Part shown: positions 1 through 11,689 of the stretch, in pieces
Numbering within the stretch: position 1 is the first letter of the stretch
Layout: every line of letters begins with the position of its first letter
From: an uncultured candidate division Zixibacteria bacterium
GTDB lineage: Bacteria; Zixibacteria; MSB-5A5; UBA10806
Direction: 5' to 3'
Assembly (NCBI GenBank): GCA_963801605.1
Contig: CAWDFP010000006.1
Span: 736,001 to 800,000, forward strand
Length of the DNA stretch: 64,000 bases
Made by a program: the position numbers and the translations under genes
The notes under the pieces: generated by a model
Databases searched by the model: none
Seen by the model: the letters and a program-made list of their open reading frames with translations, nothing else
Told to the model about the DNA's origin: nothing

Positions 1-436
1 CCCATAAATATGGGTTGTAATAATTGTTATATCCATTATAAACAGGGACCTGACGAAAATCGAGCATTAGATGAAAAGCTGATGATGGTCTCCAGTCGAC
101 CGAAACGCCGGGGACAAAAGCTCCGGATTTTGAAGCCGAGGAGTTACGAGAGAAAAGAGCCGATGGATTATGCACAAAGCCCAGATCAACTCTGACTTTC
201 AAAGGATTCGATATGGTATATTCAAGGGAATTAAGATAGTAACCGATACTGCCGCTGGTGCCTCCGCCTGAATAATATCCAAAAGAATAACTTTGACTCA
301 TCTTGAGTCGGGATGGATCAAATAGTGATGTTGAGCTCTTTGTGAGATAAGGCTCTTTCTGAATATCCGGAGCATTTTGCGCTAACGCTGTTATCGGGAT
401 CAGCGCCAAAATCACCAATGTAATCGTCTTTTTCAT
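1..436 (-). CDS. Secreted hypothetical protein, runs off the left window edge
   Basis: Hand-translated from ATG at 436: MKKTITLVILALIPITALAQ (signal peptide)...RLKMSQSYSFGYYSGG..., open to position 2. Not in the ORF track because it is truncated. Confidence 0.7.
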   Translation of the reverse strand, partial: MKKTITLVILALIPITALAQNAPDIQKEPYLTKSSTSLFDPSRLKMSQSYSFGYYSGGGTSGSIGYYLNSLEYTISNPLKVRVDLGFVHNPSALFSRNSSASKSGAFVPGVSVDWRPSSAFHLMLDFRQVPVYNGYNNYYNPYLW

Positions 437-492
437 TTGTTCACCGCTTGAATTATATTTTCAAGGCCCCCTCTTGTCAACCTATATTACAG

Positions 493-1250
493 CTAATCGG
501 CCCTGCTTGTTCCATTTTTAATGATATTCTCCACCATCTCCAACTCACTTATGGAGTTGATGCCAAACCCCTCAAGCGGGTCCGTTGCCACGATGGCTCC
601 TACCTTTTTCCCTTGCCCAACCAATATTGATACAGTGTCTGTTAGATAATATTCCTTCTGATCATTGTTATCGCTAAGTTTGTTCAATATCGGTTTTAGT
701 GACCCCCAGTCGAAACAATAAGCTCCGGTATTAACTTCCTTGATAGCCCTAATCTCTTTATCGGCATCCCGATATTCCACTATTGCTTTGAGAAGCCCAT
801 TTTCATTGCGTACTATTCGTCCATAGCTGCCAGGATCATCTAGAATTGCGGTCAAGACTACCGCGGCCGCGCCCAGTCGATGTCTATCGTCTACTAAGCG
901 CTTGATGGTTGAAGGTTTAACCAGAGGCATATCGCCGCATAGAACCACCAGGTCGCCGCTAGAAACCTTCCAGCATCGATTCAGCCATCATAACAGCGTG
1001 GCCGGTCCCGAGTTGTTCCGCTTGAAGCGCGAACTCCACGCCGTAGCCGGAAAGCGCTTTCTTCCACCATTTCGGCCTGATGCCCGATAACCAGAATCTG
1101 ACGACCCAAACCGGCCTCGCGGGCGGCATCAATCACATATTCGACAATATATCGTCCATTTAGTTTATGCAAAACCTTGGGAAGATCGGATTTCATCCGT
1201 TTGCCCTTACCAGCAGCCAGGATTAAGGCGATTTTATCGATATCAATCAA
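493..1250 (-). CDS. GlmU-like sugar-phosphate nucleotidyltransferase (pyrophosphorylase domain only), two apparent frameshifts near 1065 and 961
   Basis: LAAGKGKRMKSDLPKVLH in the first fragment, QAEQLGTGHAV in the intervening frame, LCGDMP/YGRIVR/EVNTG/EYYLTD in the last; no hexapeptide acetyltransferase domain. Confidence 0.85.
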
Positions 1251-1304
1251 TTGAGATTCCCCTCTCGAAATGGAATTGAAGATATAACGGAAAGCCCGAA
1301 AGGC

Positions 1305-1646
1305 TCAGATTGGCTTATTCTTGGAATCTACCTTGACGATTCGAGGCTGAATCTTGGCGGCCTCATCATAGGGCAGAATGCAATAGCTAAGGATAATGAC
1401 CAGATCGCCGGGCTGACCCAGTCTGGCGGCGGCGCCGTTCAGTGTGATTTCGCCGGGTTTGCCCTCGATGGCATAGGTTTCGAAGCGGGCGCCGTTATTA
1501 ATATTGACCACATGGACCAACTCATAGGGCAGGATATTGGCCGATTTCATGAGCTTTTTATCAATAGAGATAGAGCCCTCGTAATTGAGGTCAGCGCCGG
1601 TAATCGAGGCGCGATGAATCTTCGATTTTAATACAGTTACTTGCAT
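1305..1646 (-). CDS. panD: Aspartate 1-decarboxylase
   Basis: [12 protein letters not shown] self-cleavage site, [15 protein letters not shown]. Confidence 0.95.
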   Translation of the reverse strand: MQVTVLKSKIHRASITGADLNYEGSISIDKKLMKSANILPYELVHVVNINNGARFETYAIEGKPGEITLNGAAARLGQPGDLVIILSYCILPYDEAAKIQPRIVKVDSKNKPI

Positions 1647-1802
1647 AATTGAGCCGAAATCTAATCAAATTGATACGTATTTGACAAGGGAAAAGAGACC
1701 CAAAATAATCAACTGGCGCCAGGACCATTAAGGCTTTGATAGATTGACGGTTGGGAACCAAATTTGGGATAAATTTCAACCCAGGGAGGACTCAAACTTT
1801 AA

Positions 1803-2207
1803 TTATTGCTCTTCCTCTTGAGTTCCGCCGCTTGCTTCTTCCATGTCAACATCGTCTGCGAGACGGCTGCCGCTTTCGGCAAGCTCGGCAAGAAGCGCCC
1901 TGGCGCGCTCGGCATCCTGCCCGCCAACCTGGATCACCATCTTGTGCTCGTCGAAATAAATATTAGCTCGTCTGTTTGTGATATACACAATACCGGCCTC
2001 GTCGAGAATTTCTTTGGCGATAGCGATATCGGGGCCACTATCGGATTCAAATATTATTATCGAATCGCCCCGGTTCGCAGGTCCCAGGGGATCCGCGCTA
2101 CGCTTATCAGGAATTTCTGGTGGGAGGCTGTAGAGCAGGTCGGCTCCGCAATCGGGACAAATTGTTACTCCCGGATTATATTCATAGCGGCAATTGGGGC
2201 AAATCAT
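1803..2207 (-). CDS. Zinc-ribbon + DUF2007-like protein (paralogue 2)
   Basis: CPNC...CPDC N-terminus; AKEILDEAGI...IQV...DAERARALL core. Confidence 0.7.
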   Translation of the reverse strand: MICPNCRYEYNPGVTICPDCGADLLYSLPPEIPDKRSADPLGPANRGDSIIIFESDSGPDIAIAKEILDEAGIVYITNRRANIYFDEHKMVIQVGGQDAERARALLAELAESGSRLADDVDMEEASGGTQEEEQ

Positions 2208-2267
2208 ATTGATTGGGTGTCCATCGATTCGTTTCAGCTAAATCGCGAAAGTCCTAATCTTTTCGAA

Positions 2268-2624
2268 TTACCCTTCTTCTTCCGGCGGGATTTCTTCGAT
2301 CATTCCCGATGCCGGCCTACCGTCGGCCAAGGCCTCCAAAATTTCGCGCGCCTGAGCCTCATCGGATCGATCAACTTGAATTTCCACCGGTCCCACGGCC
2401 AGTTGTTCCATGGGAAACTCTCCTTTGGCAACAAAAGAAATCTCAGATTCCTCAAGCAGAGACTTGGCAAGAGCCACGGTGGATAAATCAAGAGTCGTAA
2501 GCACAGTCACAAATTCCGAGTTTTCAGGCGTTTCAGGCGGAAGCTCCTTTACAAGCTGAGCGCCGCAATCGGCACAAACAGTAATTCCTTCCTTGTATTC
2601 GGTTCTGCAATTGGGACAAAACAT
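2268..2624 (-). CDS. Zinc-ribbon + DUF2007-like protein (paralogue 1)
   Basis: CPNC...CADC; AKSLLEESEI...VEIQVDRSDEAQAREIL. Confidence 0.75.
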   Translation of the reverse strand: MFCPNCRTEYKEGITVCADCGAQLVKELPPETPENSEFVTVLTTLDLSTVALAKSLLEESEISFVAKGEFPMEQLAVGPVEIQVDRSDEAQAREILEALADGRPASGMIEEIPPEEEG

Positions 2625-2647
2625 AAATAATCCTTCCTAAATTAATC

Positions 2648-3505
2648 CTACTTAAGTTCTTTAATTACCTTATATATCGCCGAGAAGTCAAGGGTTTCCA
2701 TTTTATCGGAAATTGCTCTGTCGTAAAGCTCTTTGGCCACAACCGATGAATAGAGCGGTCTTTTCTGAGATTTAGCAAGAGCATCAACATACCCTAAGTC
2801 CTTGGAGATCATTGCCACAGAAAAATGCGGGGAGAAATCCTCGGTTAAAAGCTTATCCTTCTTAGCGGTTAAAATCATCGAATTGCCTGCCCCGGCCGAG
2901 AGAATATCGATAATCGTCTTTTTATCTGCGCCGGTATCTTCGCCCAACACCAAAGCCTCTGCAATGGTAGCCATGAAAGATCCCAATACGAAATTGGTGA
3001 CAAGTTTCATTTTGGTGGCCAGGGCTGGTTTTTCAAGATAGAATACCTGCTTGCCAATTTTATGAAGCAGCGGGAGAGCGGTTTCGTACGTTTTATTGTC
3101 GCCGCTTACCAGAACGATCAGGTTTCCTTGCGATGCTGGTATAACGCTGCCCGATACCGGCGCCTCCAGATAAGAAGCCCCTTTCTCGCCAAGCTTTCTA
3201 TAAAATCCCAGGACCGAGTCAAAATGATTAGTGGTGATATCGATTATAACTTTTCCCTGGCAATCGCCCTGCAGGATACCCTGGTCGTTTTCCAGTACCG
3301 CTTTGACCGAATTGCTGTCGGCAAGACAAAGGAAACATATCTGAACTTTGGATATCAGTTCGGCCGGTGATTCTGCGATTTTCGCTTTGAGGCCGTTCAT
3401 TTTCTGGCTGCTACGGTTCCATACAATGAGTTCTTCGCCTTCAGCGACGAGGCGTCCCGCAATCGCCTTGCCAAGGTTCCCCAGTCCGATAAAGCCTATT
3501 GACAT
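2648..3505 (-). CDS. NAD(P)-dependent oxidoreductase, 3-hydroxyisobutyrate dehydrogenase family
   Basis: IGFIGLGNLG Rossmann motif, EAPVSGS, KMKLVTN, KDL. Confidence 0.9.
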   Translation of the reverse strand: MSIGFIGLGNLGKAIAGRLVAEGEELIVWNRSSQKMNGLKAKIAESPAELISKVQICFLCLADSNSVKAVLENDQGILQGDCQGKVIIDITTNHFDSVLGFYRKLGEKGASYLEAPVSGSVIPASQGNLIVLVSGDNKTYETALPLLHKIGKQVFYLEKPALATKMKLVTNFVLGSFMATIAEALVLGEDTGADKKTIIDILSAGAGNSMILTAKKDKLLTEDFSPHFSVAMISKDLGYVDALAKSQKRPLYSSVVAKELYDRAISDKMETLDFSAIYKVIKELK

Positions 3506-3852
3506 TATTTATATGCCCCTTTCGTTTATTCTAATTTCTCAATTTCTTAACAACGTTATAATACGTAGAACGTTGGAATTTAACAACAGAAACCAACATT
3601 TGAACGAAATCTCATCCTCTATTGTTCTCTATAATTCGACGAGATAGGAATATTGGACGAGATTTTTAAATTGATAATAAAAGCCAGCGGAATCCATCCT
3701 CGGTTTCCGCCGGCCGACACCCCTGATTTCCTTGAAGGAGGTGTTAGGAGAAACAGCAGGAAACACGGCCCTGCAATATTTCCCGTCTAATTCCGTAAAC
3801 CACAAAACGGTCCAAATATTTCCCAGAAATTGCCACATAGACCGCTTTTTTA

Positions 3853-3881
3853 TTGAGCAAATTGACAATATTTGGTATAAT
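3853..3881 (+). promoter_or_regulatory. Sigma70-type promoter for the ABC ATPase gene
   Basis: TTGAGC-17 nt-TATAAT with TG upstream of the -10. Confidence 0.55.
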
Positions 3882-3889
3882 TAAAAGAT

Positions 3890-4952
3890 ATGAAATTGGT
3901 TTTAGAGAATATTCGTAAGGCATATTCCGGCAAAACGTTGGCCGTTGACGATGTCAGTTTGGAAGTGTCCGAAGGCCAGATGGCAGTCCTGCTTGGACCA
4001 TCCGGTTGTGGCAAAACAACTCTTTTGCGCCTTATATCCGGCCTTGAGGTCCCCGATAGCGGCAGGATTACTCTCGATAACCATGATATTACTGCATGGG
4101 AACCAAAGCGTCGCGATATCGCCATGGTCTTCCAAAATTATGCTTTATATCCTCACATGAGCGTCAAAGGGAATCTCGAATTTGGACTCAGGGCCCGTAA
4201 TGTTGCACAGGAAGAACGGGTAAAATCGGTCGAGTGGGCGGCTAATATGCTGGGCCTTTCCGAACTGCTTAATCGTCAACCAAAAGAGCTTTCCGGCGGG
4301 CAGCGTCAACGAGTGGCTTTGGGACGGGCGATTGTGCGGCGGCCCAAACTTTATCTTTTCGATGAACCTCTATCTAATCTCGATGCCGAATTGCGAATGC
4401 GAATGAGAGGGGAGATATTATCTTTACACCGTCGCGTGGGGGGAACCTCGATTTATGTAACACATGATCAGGTCGAGGCCATGAGTCTGGCAGATATAAT
4501 CTTCATTATGAGGCATGGTAAAATAGTCGCGACCGGATCGCCAAAAGAACTTTATCATAATCCCCCGGATCTTTTCACCGCTGGTTTCCTGGGATTTCCA
4601 GCTATGAATCTTATCGAGGGAAATATTAAGGATAACGTTTTTATTTCATCGATGGGGTTAAAGTTGCCCCTTGTGGCTGCGAAATCCAGGAAGCAAGGCG
4701 CGGTTGTTTTCGGCATTCGGCCCGAGGATGTAACAATAGCCGATAACGGAGATGTAACAGGGGAGATCATTTCAGTCGAAAACCTGGGTCGCCAGGAGCT
4801 ACTGCTTATTCAAACTGATTCAGGAGATAGATTAAAACTTGTGGCAAGCGGAAGTTATTCGATAAACGATAAAATGAAAATTTCTATCGACAGAGAATAA
4901 AGCGTATCTATTCGACAAAGAATCCGGCAAAAAGATACAAGATTCATTTTAG
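3890..4952 (+). CDS. Sugar ABC transporter ATP-binding protein (MalK/UgpC family), frameshift near 4895
   Basis: GPSGCGKTT, VFQNYALYPHM, LSGGQRQR, DEPLSNLD. The typical tail NKAYLFDKESGKKI continues in another frame to TAG at 4950-4952. Confidence 0.9.
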
Positions 4953-4961
4953 CGAATTTTC

Positions 4962-5351
4962 CTATTTTATAATTTTATAAATTGTCATAGGGGAGACAAG
5001 AGTCAGAAAGGGCACCATCACCCAGATTCGACCTTTGGCGAGATTGTAATCGGCCAATAGCTTGCTCCAGGGATTCCCAAAAAGATAATGTCCTGCCAGA
5101 AATTCAAACGCCAATGTCAAACTTGTCCAGAGAATCCCAACCAGCAAAAAGGACAATAGGGTGTGGCCCGTTAAATTCGCTTTGACGAAAAAATATGCGA
5201 TGAAAAGAAAGATAGCGCTGAGCAGGATAGTGCTGACAATATGAGCGATGCCCTCCGAAAGAAAGCGCAGCAGTACCAATTGCCGAAATGTTCCGTTCAG
5301 AATTGCCATTATCATGACAATAAACCAAACGCCAATTGCCTTAATTATCAT
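4962..5351 (-). CDS. Small membrane protein (about 4 TM), unknown function
   Basis: Hydrophobic segments; W.LTLAFEFLAGHY and LLADYNL..GR.W motifs. Confidence 0.75.
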   Translation of the reverse strand: MIIKAIGVWFIVMIMAILNGTFRQLVLLRFLSEGIAHIVSTILLSAIFLFIAYFFVKANLTGHTLLSFLLVGILWTSLTLAFEFLAGHYLFGNPWSKLLADYNLAKGRIWVMVPFLTLVSPMTIYKIIK

Positions 5352-5436
5352 AGGTATTAATGATCAGATTGCCCCAGTCGGGTAAGTCCCGTTAAAACGA
5401 ATTGGGCAGACCGTGCGACCTGCCCATTACCGCTAA

Positions 5437-5676
5437 TTAATCTTCTTCGTCCTGTACAGCGACGACGCGCTTGACCTCGGGTACTTGCTGCTTCATCACC
5501 CGCTCGATACCCATCTGAAGTGTCAAAGCTGACATGGGACATCCTTTGCAGGCTCCTACCAGTTTAACCTTAACGATTCCCTGATCTTCTATTACATCTA
5601 TAAGCTCAACGTCACCGCCATCGGCCTGCAACGAGCCCCGAAGCGAATCCAAGACTTGCACGACTTTCTCTCTCAA
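5437..5676 (-). CDS. NifU/NfuA C-terminal domain Fe-S scaffold protein
   Basis: LQADGGDVEL...LVGACKGCPMS..TLQMGIE; AAGGAG RBS upstream of a TTG start. Confidence 0.9.
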   Translation of the reverse strand: MREKVVQVLDSLRGSLQADGGDVELIDVIEDQGIVKVKLVGACKGCPMSALTLQMGIERVMKQQVPEVKRVVAVQDEED

Positions 5677-5869
5677 CGCTAACTCCTTAAAAAACCTAAC
5701 CTTACTTCAACTGGCCTAACCCTTTTGAGGTTGTTGGCCAGGCCCAAATATAATCGGTTTGAATTCGTAATGCAAGATAATAGACCCGTATATTTGCCAC
5801 CATTCCGAAGACTCATTCTGATTATGAGGACATCAATTATTCTGTTCGACTTGGGAAAATTTATTTTTC

Positions 5870-7808
5870 CTATCCCTCAGATTTCAGAAATATCACTGAA
5901 AGCGATGGCAGCGTCAACGAAAGCGAAAACGGCCGGCCCTGCATCGGAGATTCGACCGCCTCGGCGCCACCGGCATTGTTTACTGCCGCGCCGCCAAAAC
6001 GCTCATCATCACTATTCAATATCTCTTTCCAGAAACCACCACGCGGCACACCCAGAGTAGTAATTGTCGCGTTGAACCGGAGTAAAATTGCAGACAATCA
6101 GGAAAATATCCGATGTCGTCTTTCCCTTTCTGATAAAACTAATGACGCTCGATTCCCAATCCTGGAAATCGATCCATTCAAATCCGGCGCGTTCGAAATC
6201 AAGTTCATAGAGAGCTTTTTCATTTTTATAAAGATAGTTGAGTTCCCGCACCCATTCCTGCATCCCTTTATGAGGAGCATATTGCAGCAGATGCCAGTCG
6301 AGACTGGCCTCATGGTACCACTCGTTCCACTGACCGAATTCGCCACCCATGAAAAGAAGCTTTTTACCGGGATGACCATACATATATCCCAGGAGCGCCC
6401 GAAGGTTGGAGAACTTTTGCCAGAAATCTCCCGGCATTTTACCGAGAAGAGAACCTTTGCCATAGACTACTTCATCGTGAGAAAGGGAGAGCACGAAATT
6501 CTCATAGAAGGCATACCAAATTGAAAAGGTGAGCTGTCCGTGATGAAATTTTCTATATAAAGGGTCTTTGCTGATATAATCGAGCGTATCGTGCATCCAA
6601 CCCATATTCCATTTGAGGCCAAACCCCAGGCCGCCGGCATAAGTCGGGCGGGTGACCATCGGATAAGCGGTTGATTCCTCGGCCAATGTAAGTGTATCGG
6701 GGTAGTTGCCGTAAATAACTTCATTAAGCCTTTTTAGCAGGGAGATGGCTTCGAGATTTTCCCGTCCGCCGAACTCGTTGGGTATCCATTCACCTTCATT
6801 GCGGGAATAATCTAAATAGAGAATAGAAGCCACGGCATCGACCCTGATGCCATCGATATGATATTTATCGAGCCAGAAAAGAGCGCTGGAGATCAGGAAA
6901 GAACGTACCTCGTTACGGCCGTAGTTGAAAATATAACTATTCCAGTCGGGATGGAATCCCTTGCGCATATCAGCATGTTCATAAAGATGAGTGCCATCGA
7001 AATAAACCAGGCCGTGCTGATCCGATGGGAAATGGGACGGGACCCAGTCCAGGATGACACCGATATTGCGTTGATGGAGTGCATCGATCAAATACATTAA
7101 GTCTTGCGGAGTGCCGAAACGACTTGTAGGCGCAAAGTATCCGGTGGTCTGATACCCCCATGAACCATAAAAAGGATGTTCGGTAATCGGTAGAAATTCC
7201 ACATGAGTAAAACCGATATCGTTGACGTATTCGCTCAAGGAGTCGCCCAGTTCACGGTAGGTCAACCAGCGATTCCCCTCCTCAGGATTTCGTTTCCAGG
7301 AGCCGGCGTGGACTTCATAAGCAGCGATCGGGCTCGATAAGGAATTATGCGCTCCGCGCGTCATAAGCCAATCGGAATCCTGCCATTTATAGCGAAGGTC
7401 CCAGACGACCGAAGCAGTTTTAGGTGGCGTCTCGCAGTGAAATGCAAAAGGGTCAGCCTTCTCAACGGTGTAACCATGATTTTTCGAGATGATATGATAT
7501 TTATATAAAGCCCCATTGGTAACGCCGGGAATAAATCCCTCCCAAATTCCCGAGGCATCCCATCTGACACCGAGCAGATGCGCTCCCGGATTCCATCCGT
7601 TAAAATCACCAACCACAGAAACCCGGGCGGCATTAGGCGCCCAAACCGCAAAAAACGTCCCTGTTACGCCGTCAACTTCCCCAAGATGGGATCCAAGTTT
7701 TTCATATAGCCGAAAGTGGTTACCTTCTTTGAAAAGATATATATCCTGGTCGGTCAAGAGGCTCTTAAGGATTACTGTTCCTACGGGGGGCATATCCGCT
7801 GTTTTCAT
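5870..7808 (-). CDS. glgB: 1,4-alpha-glucan branching enzyme, frameshift near 6060
   Basis: [48 protein letters not shown]. The C-terminus (GVP...WKEILNSD...LTLPSL) is in ORF 5870-6097. Confidence 0.93.
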
Positions 7809-8376
7809 TGTGGTCCTTTTACTGGTTTGCCGGTTAAGGTATCTGTGAACATCAGATACGCTAAGGATGGAATTTCGTTTCAGCTATCTTTTGACTATAT
7901 TATCGGTCACATCTTGATTTTGCCACCTAATCATTATATTGCCTCAAGTTATTAGCATCTTCCCAATATTAAAACAACCTCAAATTTTACACGCAACGAT
8001 TATAATTGCTTTGATCACCCGCGATGTTCCGAAAAATATGATCGAACATCGAATCATTTATTCAATTGGGGGAAATTATTTTCTCATGGAAATATAAGGC
8101 GTTTATAAGATGAGTATACCAAAACTCGGCGCGGATTCTATATAATGACCTTAAGTATAAGTCAGGTAAAATAATAATTAGGCAATAAAACACGTTTTTA
8201 ATGCGGGGATTTCATCATATTGCGCGCCCGCAATTTTATAAGTCTATGTTATATTATAAATTATATGGAAAACAGAGAAACGTTTTCAGTCTCTATAAAC
8301 GAATATTAATTAGGGGGTTATTGCGAATTTTTCCCAATTAGAACTTGAAATTATTGCTATTTTTTTCACAATCCTA

Positions 8377-8405
8377 TTGACTTTTTTCCCTTGCATCTTT
8401 ATTAT
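8377..8405 (+). promoter_or_regulatory. Sigma70-type promoter of the hydrogenase operon
   Basis: TTGACT-17 nt-TATTAT. Confidence 0.6.
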
Positions 8406-8408
8406 GGC

Positions 8409-8426
8409 TTGTGAAAGGAGTCACAA
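8409..8426. promoter_or_regulatory. Rex/CRP-like palindromic operator over the predicted TSS and RBS
   Basis: TTGTGAAAGGAGTCACAA: 1 mismatch to TTGTGAAnnnnTTCACAA and a perfect TGTGA-N6-TCACA core. Confidence 0.65.
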
Positions 8427-9607
8427 TGTCAGTTCAGCATGCTAAACCGGGCGACAGAATTACAATAAACCTAAACGACTTACAGGGCCTCATCGATACG
8501 CTAGCCAAAAGCGGATACCGGAATATTGGGCCTACTAAGCGTGACGAAGCTATTGTATATGACGATATTTCTCGGATATCCGACCTTCCTAAGGGTTGGA
8601 CCGATGAGCAGAATAACGCCACCTATCGCCTTTTAAAACGCCCCGATGAAGCGCTTTTCGGCTACAGTCTCGGCGTTCAGTCGTGGAAACGATTCTTACA
8701 TCAACCAACCAGGCAAATTTGGGCGGCGACTAAGGATCGTCAGGGGTTTAAGATCGAGGATAATGTTAAAGATTTTCCCAAGATGGCCTTCATTGGCGTT
8801 CGGCCATGCGAACTAAGCGCCATTGCCATACTTGATAAAGTCTTAATTGATGGACCTTACCGCGATCAATCCTACGCTTCGCTTCGCAAAAAAGTCTTCG
8901 TGGTGGCGGTAAATTGCTCTCATGCCTGCGGAACCTGTTTTTGTGTATCCATGAAAACCGGTCCCAAAGCTATATCAGGTTTCGATCTGGCCCTGACCGA
9001 ACTTATAGATAACGATACTCATCAGTTTTTGGTTGAGGTGGGAAGCGATAGCGGCGCCGAAGCCATTTCCACGCTTCGCGGACGCAATGCCACTCAGTCT
9101 GAAATCGATGCCGCCGAGGCAATCACATTACAGACTGCCAAACAGATGGGACGATCAATCGATACCGCCGATATAAAGGAGATATTATATCGCAACTACG
9201 ATAATCCTCAATGGGATGCGGTTGCCAAAAGATGTCTCACCTGCGGTAACTGTACTATGGTTTGCCCCACCTGTTTCTGCACCACAGTTGAGGATTCCAC
9301 CGATCTCTTGGGCAGCCGCGCAGAACGCACTCAGAAATGGGATTCATGCTATACGATAGAATATTCATATATTCATGGCGGCAGTATCAGAACCTCGACC
9401 AAATCGCGATACCGTCAATGGGCAACCCATAAAATCGCTGCCTGGCATGACCAGTTCGGAAGCTCTGGTTGTGTAGGCTGTGGGCGTTGTATAACCTGGT
9501 GCCCGGCCGCTATCGATATTACAGAGGAGGTCCGCGCAATTCGCGAAAGCGAACGGACTGCTATGGCGACAGTCAAAGTGAAGGAGGGCAGTAATGCAAA
9601 CAATTGA
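8426..9607 (+). CDS. hydB: Group 3b [NiFe] hydrogenase (sulfhydrogenase) beta subunit, 4Fe-4S dicluster
   Basis: [50 protein letters not shown] before ATG 8426. Confidence 0.9.
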   Translation: MSVQHAKPGDRITINLNDLQGLIDTLAKSGYRNIGPTKRDEAIVYDDISRISDLPKGWTDEQNNATYRLLKRPDEALFGYSLGVQSWKRFLHQPTRQIWAATKDRQGFKIEDNVKDFPKMAFIGVRPCELSAIAILDKVLIDGPYRDQSYASLRKKVFVVAVNCSHACGTCFCVSMKTGPKAISGFDLALTELIDNDTHQFLVEVGSDSGAEAISTLRGRNATQSEIDAAEAITLQTAKQMGRSIDTADIKEILYRNYDNPQWDAVAKRCLTCGNCTMVCPTCFCTTVEDSTDLLGSRAERTQKWDSCYTIEYSYIHGGSIRTSTKSRYRQWATHKIAAWHDQFGSSGCVGCGRCITWCPAAIDITEEVRAIRESERTAMATVKVKEGSNANN

Positions 9608-10049
9608 GCCGTTGCTGGCGGGACATCCCTTTTTCAGGGGCCTCGATCCCAAACATTTACAACTAATCGTTGGATGCTCATCCAATGTGGTATTTAATCC
9701 CGGCCAATTTCTATTTCGCGAGGGTGAAGAGGCCAACACTTTCTACATCCTAAGGAGTGGGCGGGTAAAAGTGGAAACTTTTTCGCCGCAACATGGCCCG
9801 ATTACAATCCAGACCGAGGGCGAAGGGGAAATCTTGGGCTGGTCATGGCTGGTACCGCCTTACCATTGGCGCTTTGATGCCGAGGCGGTGGAACAGACTC
9901 GCGCTATCGCCATCGATGGCAAATGCCTTCGAGAAAAATGTGAGACTGATCACAATTTGGGATATGAATTAATGAAGCGCTTTGCGCTGATAATCGCTGA
10001 ACGACTTGAGGCCACCAGGCTTCAACTATTGGATATTTATGGCAAATAG
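9594..10049 (+). CDS. Stand-alone cyclic-nucleotide-binding (Crp-type sensor) domain protein without HTH
   Basis: [19 protein letters not shown]...GEILGWSWL...RFDAEA. Confidence 0.85.
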   Translation: MQTIEPLLAGHPFFRGLDPKHLQLIVGCSSNVVFNPGQFLFREGEEANTFYILRSGRVKVETFSPQHGPITIQTEGEGEILGWSWLVPPYHWRFDAEAVEQTRAIAIDGKCLREKCETDHNLGYELMKRFALIIAERLEATRLQLLDIYGK

Positions 10050-10908
10050 AATAGAAAAACAAAATGTGGCGCAGGAGGACACTAGGGACCCCATGATGAC
10101 ATTTCCTTATTATGTCCAGAGGTTGCGTCATGAGACCTACGATACCTTCACCTTAGAGCTGAAGCCGGCCAGGGACCAGGAAATTGGCCCTTTTGCTGCC
10201 GGGCAGTTTAATATGCTCTATATTTTCGGACTTGGTGAGGTACCGATCTCAATTAGCGGGGACCCTGGCAACCCCGATCGTTTGATCCACACCACCAGGG
10301 CGGTTGGGCCGGTAACCAAAGCCATGAGAAAGCTTAGACGCGGCAATATGCTTGGCGTGCGCGGCCCCTTTGGCACCAATTGGCCGGTTGATAAGGCCGT
10401 TGGTAAGGATGTAATGATTGTCGCCGGCGGCATCGGCCTGGCTCCGCTTCGTCCCGCTCTTTATCACATCTTAAATCATCGGGATGATTACGGCAAGGTC
10501 TGTCTGCTTTATGGCGCCAGAACGCCTGAAGATCTCCTCTATACTCGCGAACTGGAAAAATGGCGCTCCCGCCTCGATCTCGAGGTTCTTATCACGGTCG
10601 ACCGCGCTGTCGGAGAGTGGAAAGGCAATGTGGGAGTGGTAACCACCCTAATTCCCAAATCTTCCGCCGATCCGAAAAATACGGTTGCCATGGTTTGCGG
10701 CCCGGAGATCATGATGCGATTTACATTACTGGAACTTCAAAAACGCGGCCTGGCCAGCAAGGACATATACATTTCCATGGAGCGCAATATGAAGTGCGGC
10801 CTGGGAGTTTGCGGACACTGTCAGCTTGGCGGGGTCTTTGTTTGCAAGGATGGGCCCGTGTTTCCTTATGACAACCTAAAAGATGTGATAGCAAAGCGAG
10901 AGATTTAA
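10039..10908 (+). CDS. hydG: Group 3b hydrogenase gamma subunit (FAD/NAD-binding, 2Fe-2S)
   Basis: [46 protein letters not shown]...CKDGPVF. Confidence 0.9.
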   Translation: MANRIEKQNVAQEDTRDPMMTFPYYVQRLRHETYDTFTLELKPARDQEIGPFAAGQFNMLYIFGLGEVPISISGDPGNPDRLIHTTRAVGPVTKAMRKLRRGNMLGVRGPFGTNWPVDKAVGKDVMIVAGGIGLAPLRPALYHILNHRDDYGKVCLLYGARTPEDLLYTRELEKWRSRLDLEVLITVDRAVGEWKGNVGVVTTLIPKSSADPKNTVAMVCGPEIMMRFTLLELQKRGLASKDIYISMERNMKCGLGVCGHCQLGGVFVCKDGPVFPYDNLKDVIAKREI

Positions 10909-10909
10909 T

Positions 10910-11689
10910 ATGGCCCGTAAACCTAAACCAAAACTTGCCGTTTGGAAATTTTCCTCCTGCGATGGTTGCCAGCTAAGCCTTCTCGATTGCGAAGACGAGC
11001 TTCTGACGGTTGCAGGGGCGATAACGATAGCCAATTTCCCCGAGGCCTCGCGGGCAGTAGTCAAGGGGCCGTATGATGTCTCATTGGTAGAAGGCTCTAT
11101 CACCACTCCGCATGATGCCGAACGTATTCATAAAGTGCGTCGCGCCTCGAAATTTCTGGTGACCATTGGGGCTTGTGCTACCGCCGGAGGAATTCAGGCT
11201 CTTAAAAATTTCAAGGACGTTAAAGATTTTATTTCTATCGTTTATGCCAACCCGCAGTATATCGAAACCCTAAAGAAATCTACGGCCATCTCCGATCACG
11301 TTCCAGTCGATTTCGAACTGCGCGGTTGCCCCATTAATAAATACCAGCTCGTCGAGGTGTTGAGCGCCTATCTAAATGGACGAAAGCCTAATACGCCGCC
11401 TCATAGCGTATGTATGGAGTGCAAAAGAAAAGGCACTGTTTGCGTCATGGTGGCTCGTGGTATTCCCTGCCTGGGCCCGGTAACTCATGCCGGCTGTGGT
11501 GCAATATGCCCGTCATATAACCGTGGTTGCTTCGCGTGCTTTGGACCTAAAGAAACACCCAATACCGCCTCGATGGCTGAGCGTTTCCATGAGTTAGGAG
11601 TTTGGAAACCTGACGTGGTACGCGCTTTCCGCGGGTATAATGCTTATGCTGAACCATTCCGTAAAGAGAGTGAATCGCATGAAAAGTAG
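10910..11689 (+). CDS. hydD: Group 3b hydrogenase delta (small) subunit
   Basis: [43 protein letters not shown]. Confidence 0.92.
   Translation: MARKPKPKLAVWKFSSCDGCQLSLLDCEDELLTVAGAITIANFPEASRAVVKGPYDVSLVEGSITTPHDAERIHKVRRASKFLVTIGACATAGGIQALKNFKDVKDFISIVYANPQYIETLKKSTAISDHVPVDFELRGCPINKYQLVEVLSAYLNGRKPNTPPHSVCMECKRKGTVCVMVARGIPCLGPVTHAGCGAICPSYNRGCFACFGPKETPNTASMAERFHELGVWKPDVVRAFRGYNAYAEPFRKESESHEK

Noticed and set aside
1251..2500. Plus-strand ORFs of 126 and 226 aa
   Set aside because: Antisense shadows of panD and the zinc-ribbon genes; the same applies to most short overlapping ORFs in the track.
7850..8350. AT-rich stretch as a possible island boundary or replication origin
   Set aside because: It is a divergent promoter region between glgB and the hydrogenase; no integrase, att repeat or DnaA-box cluster was seen.
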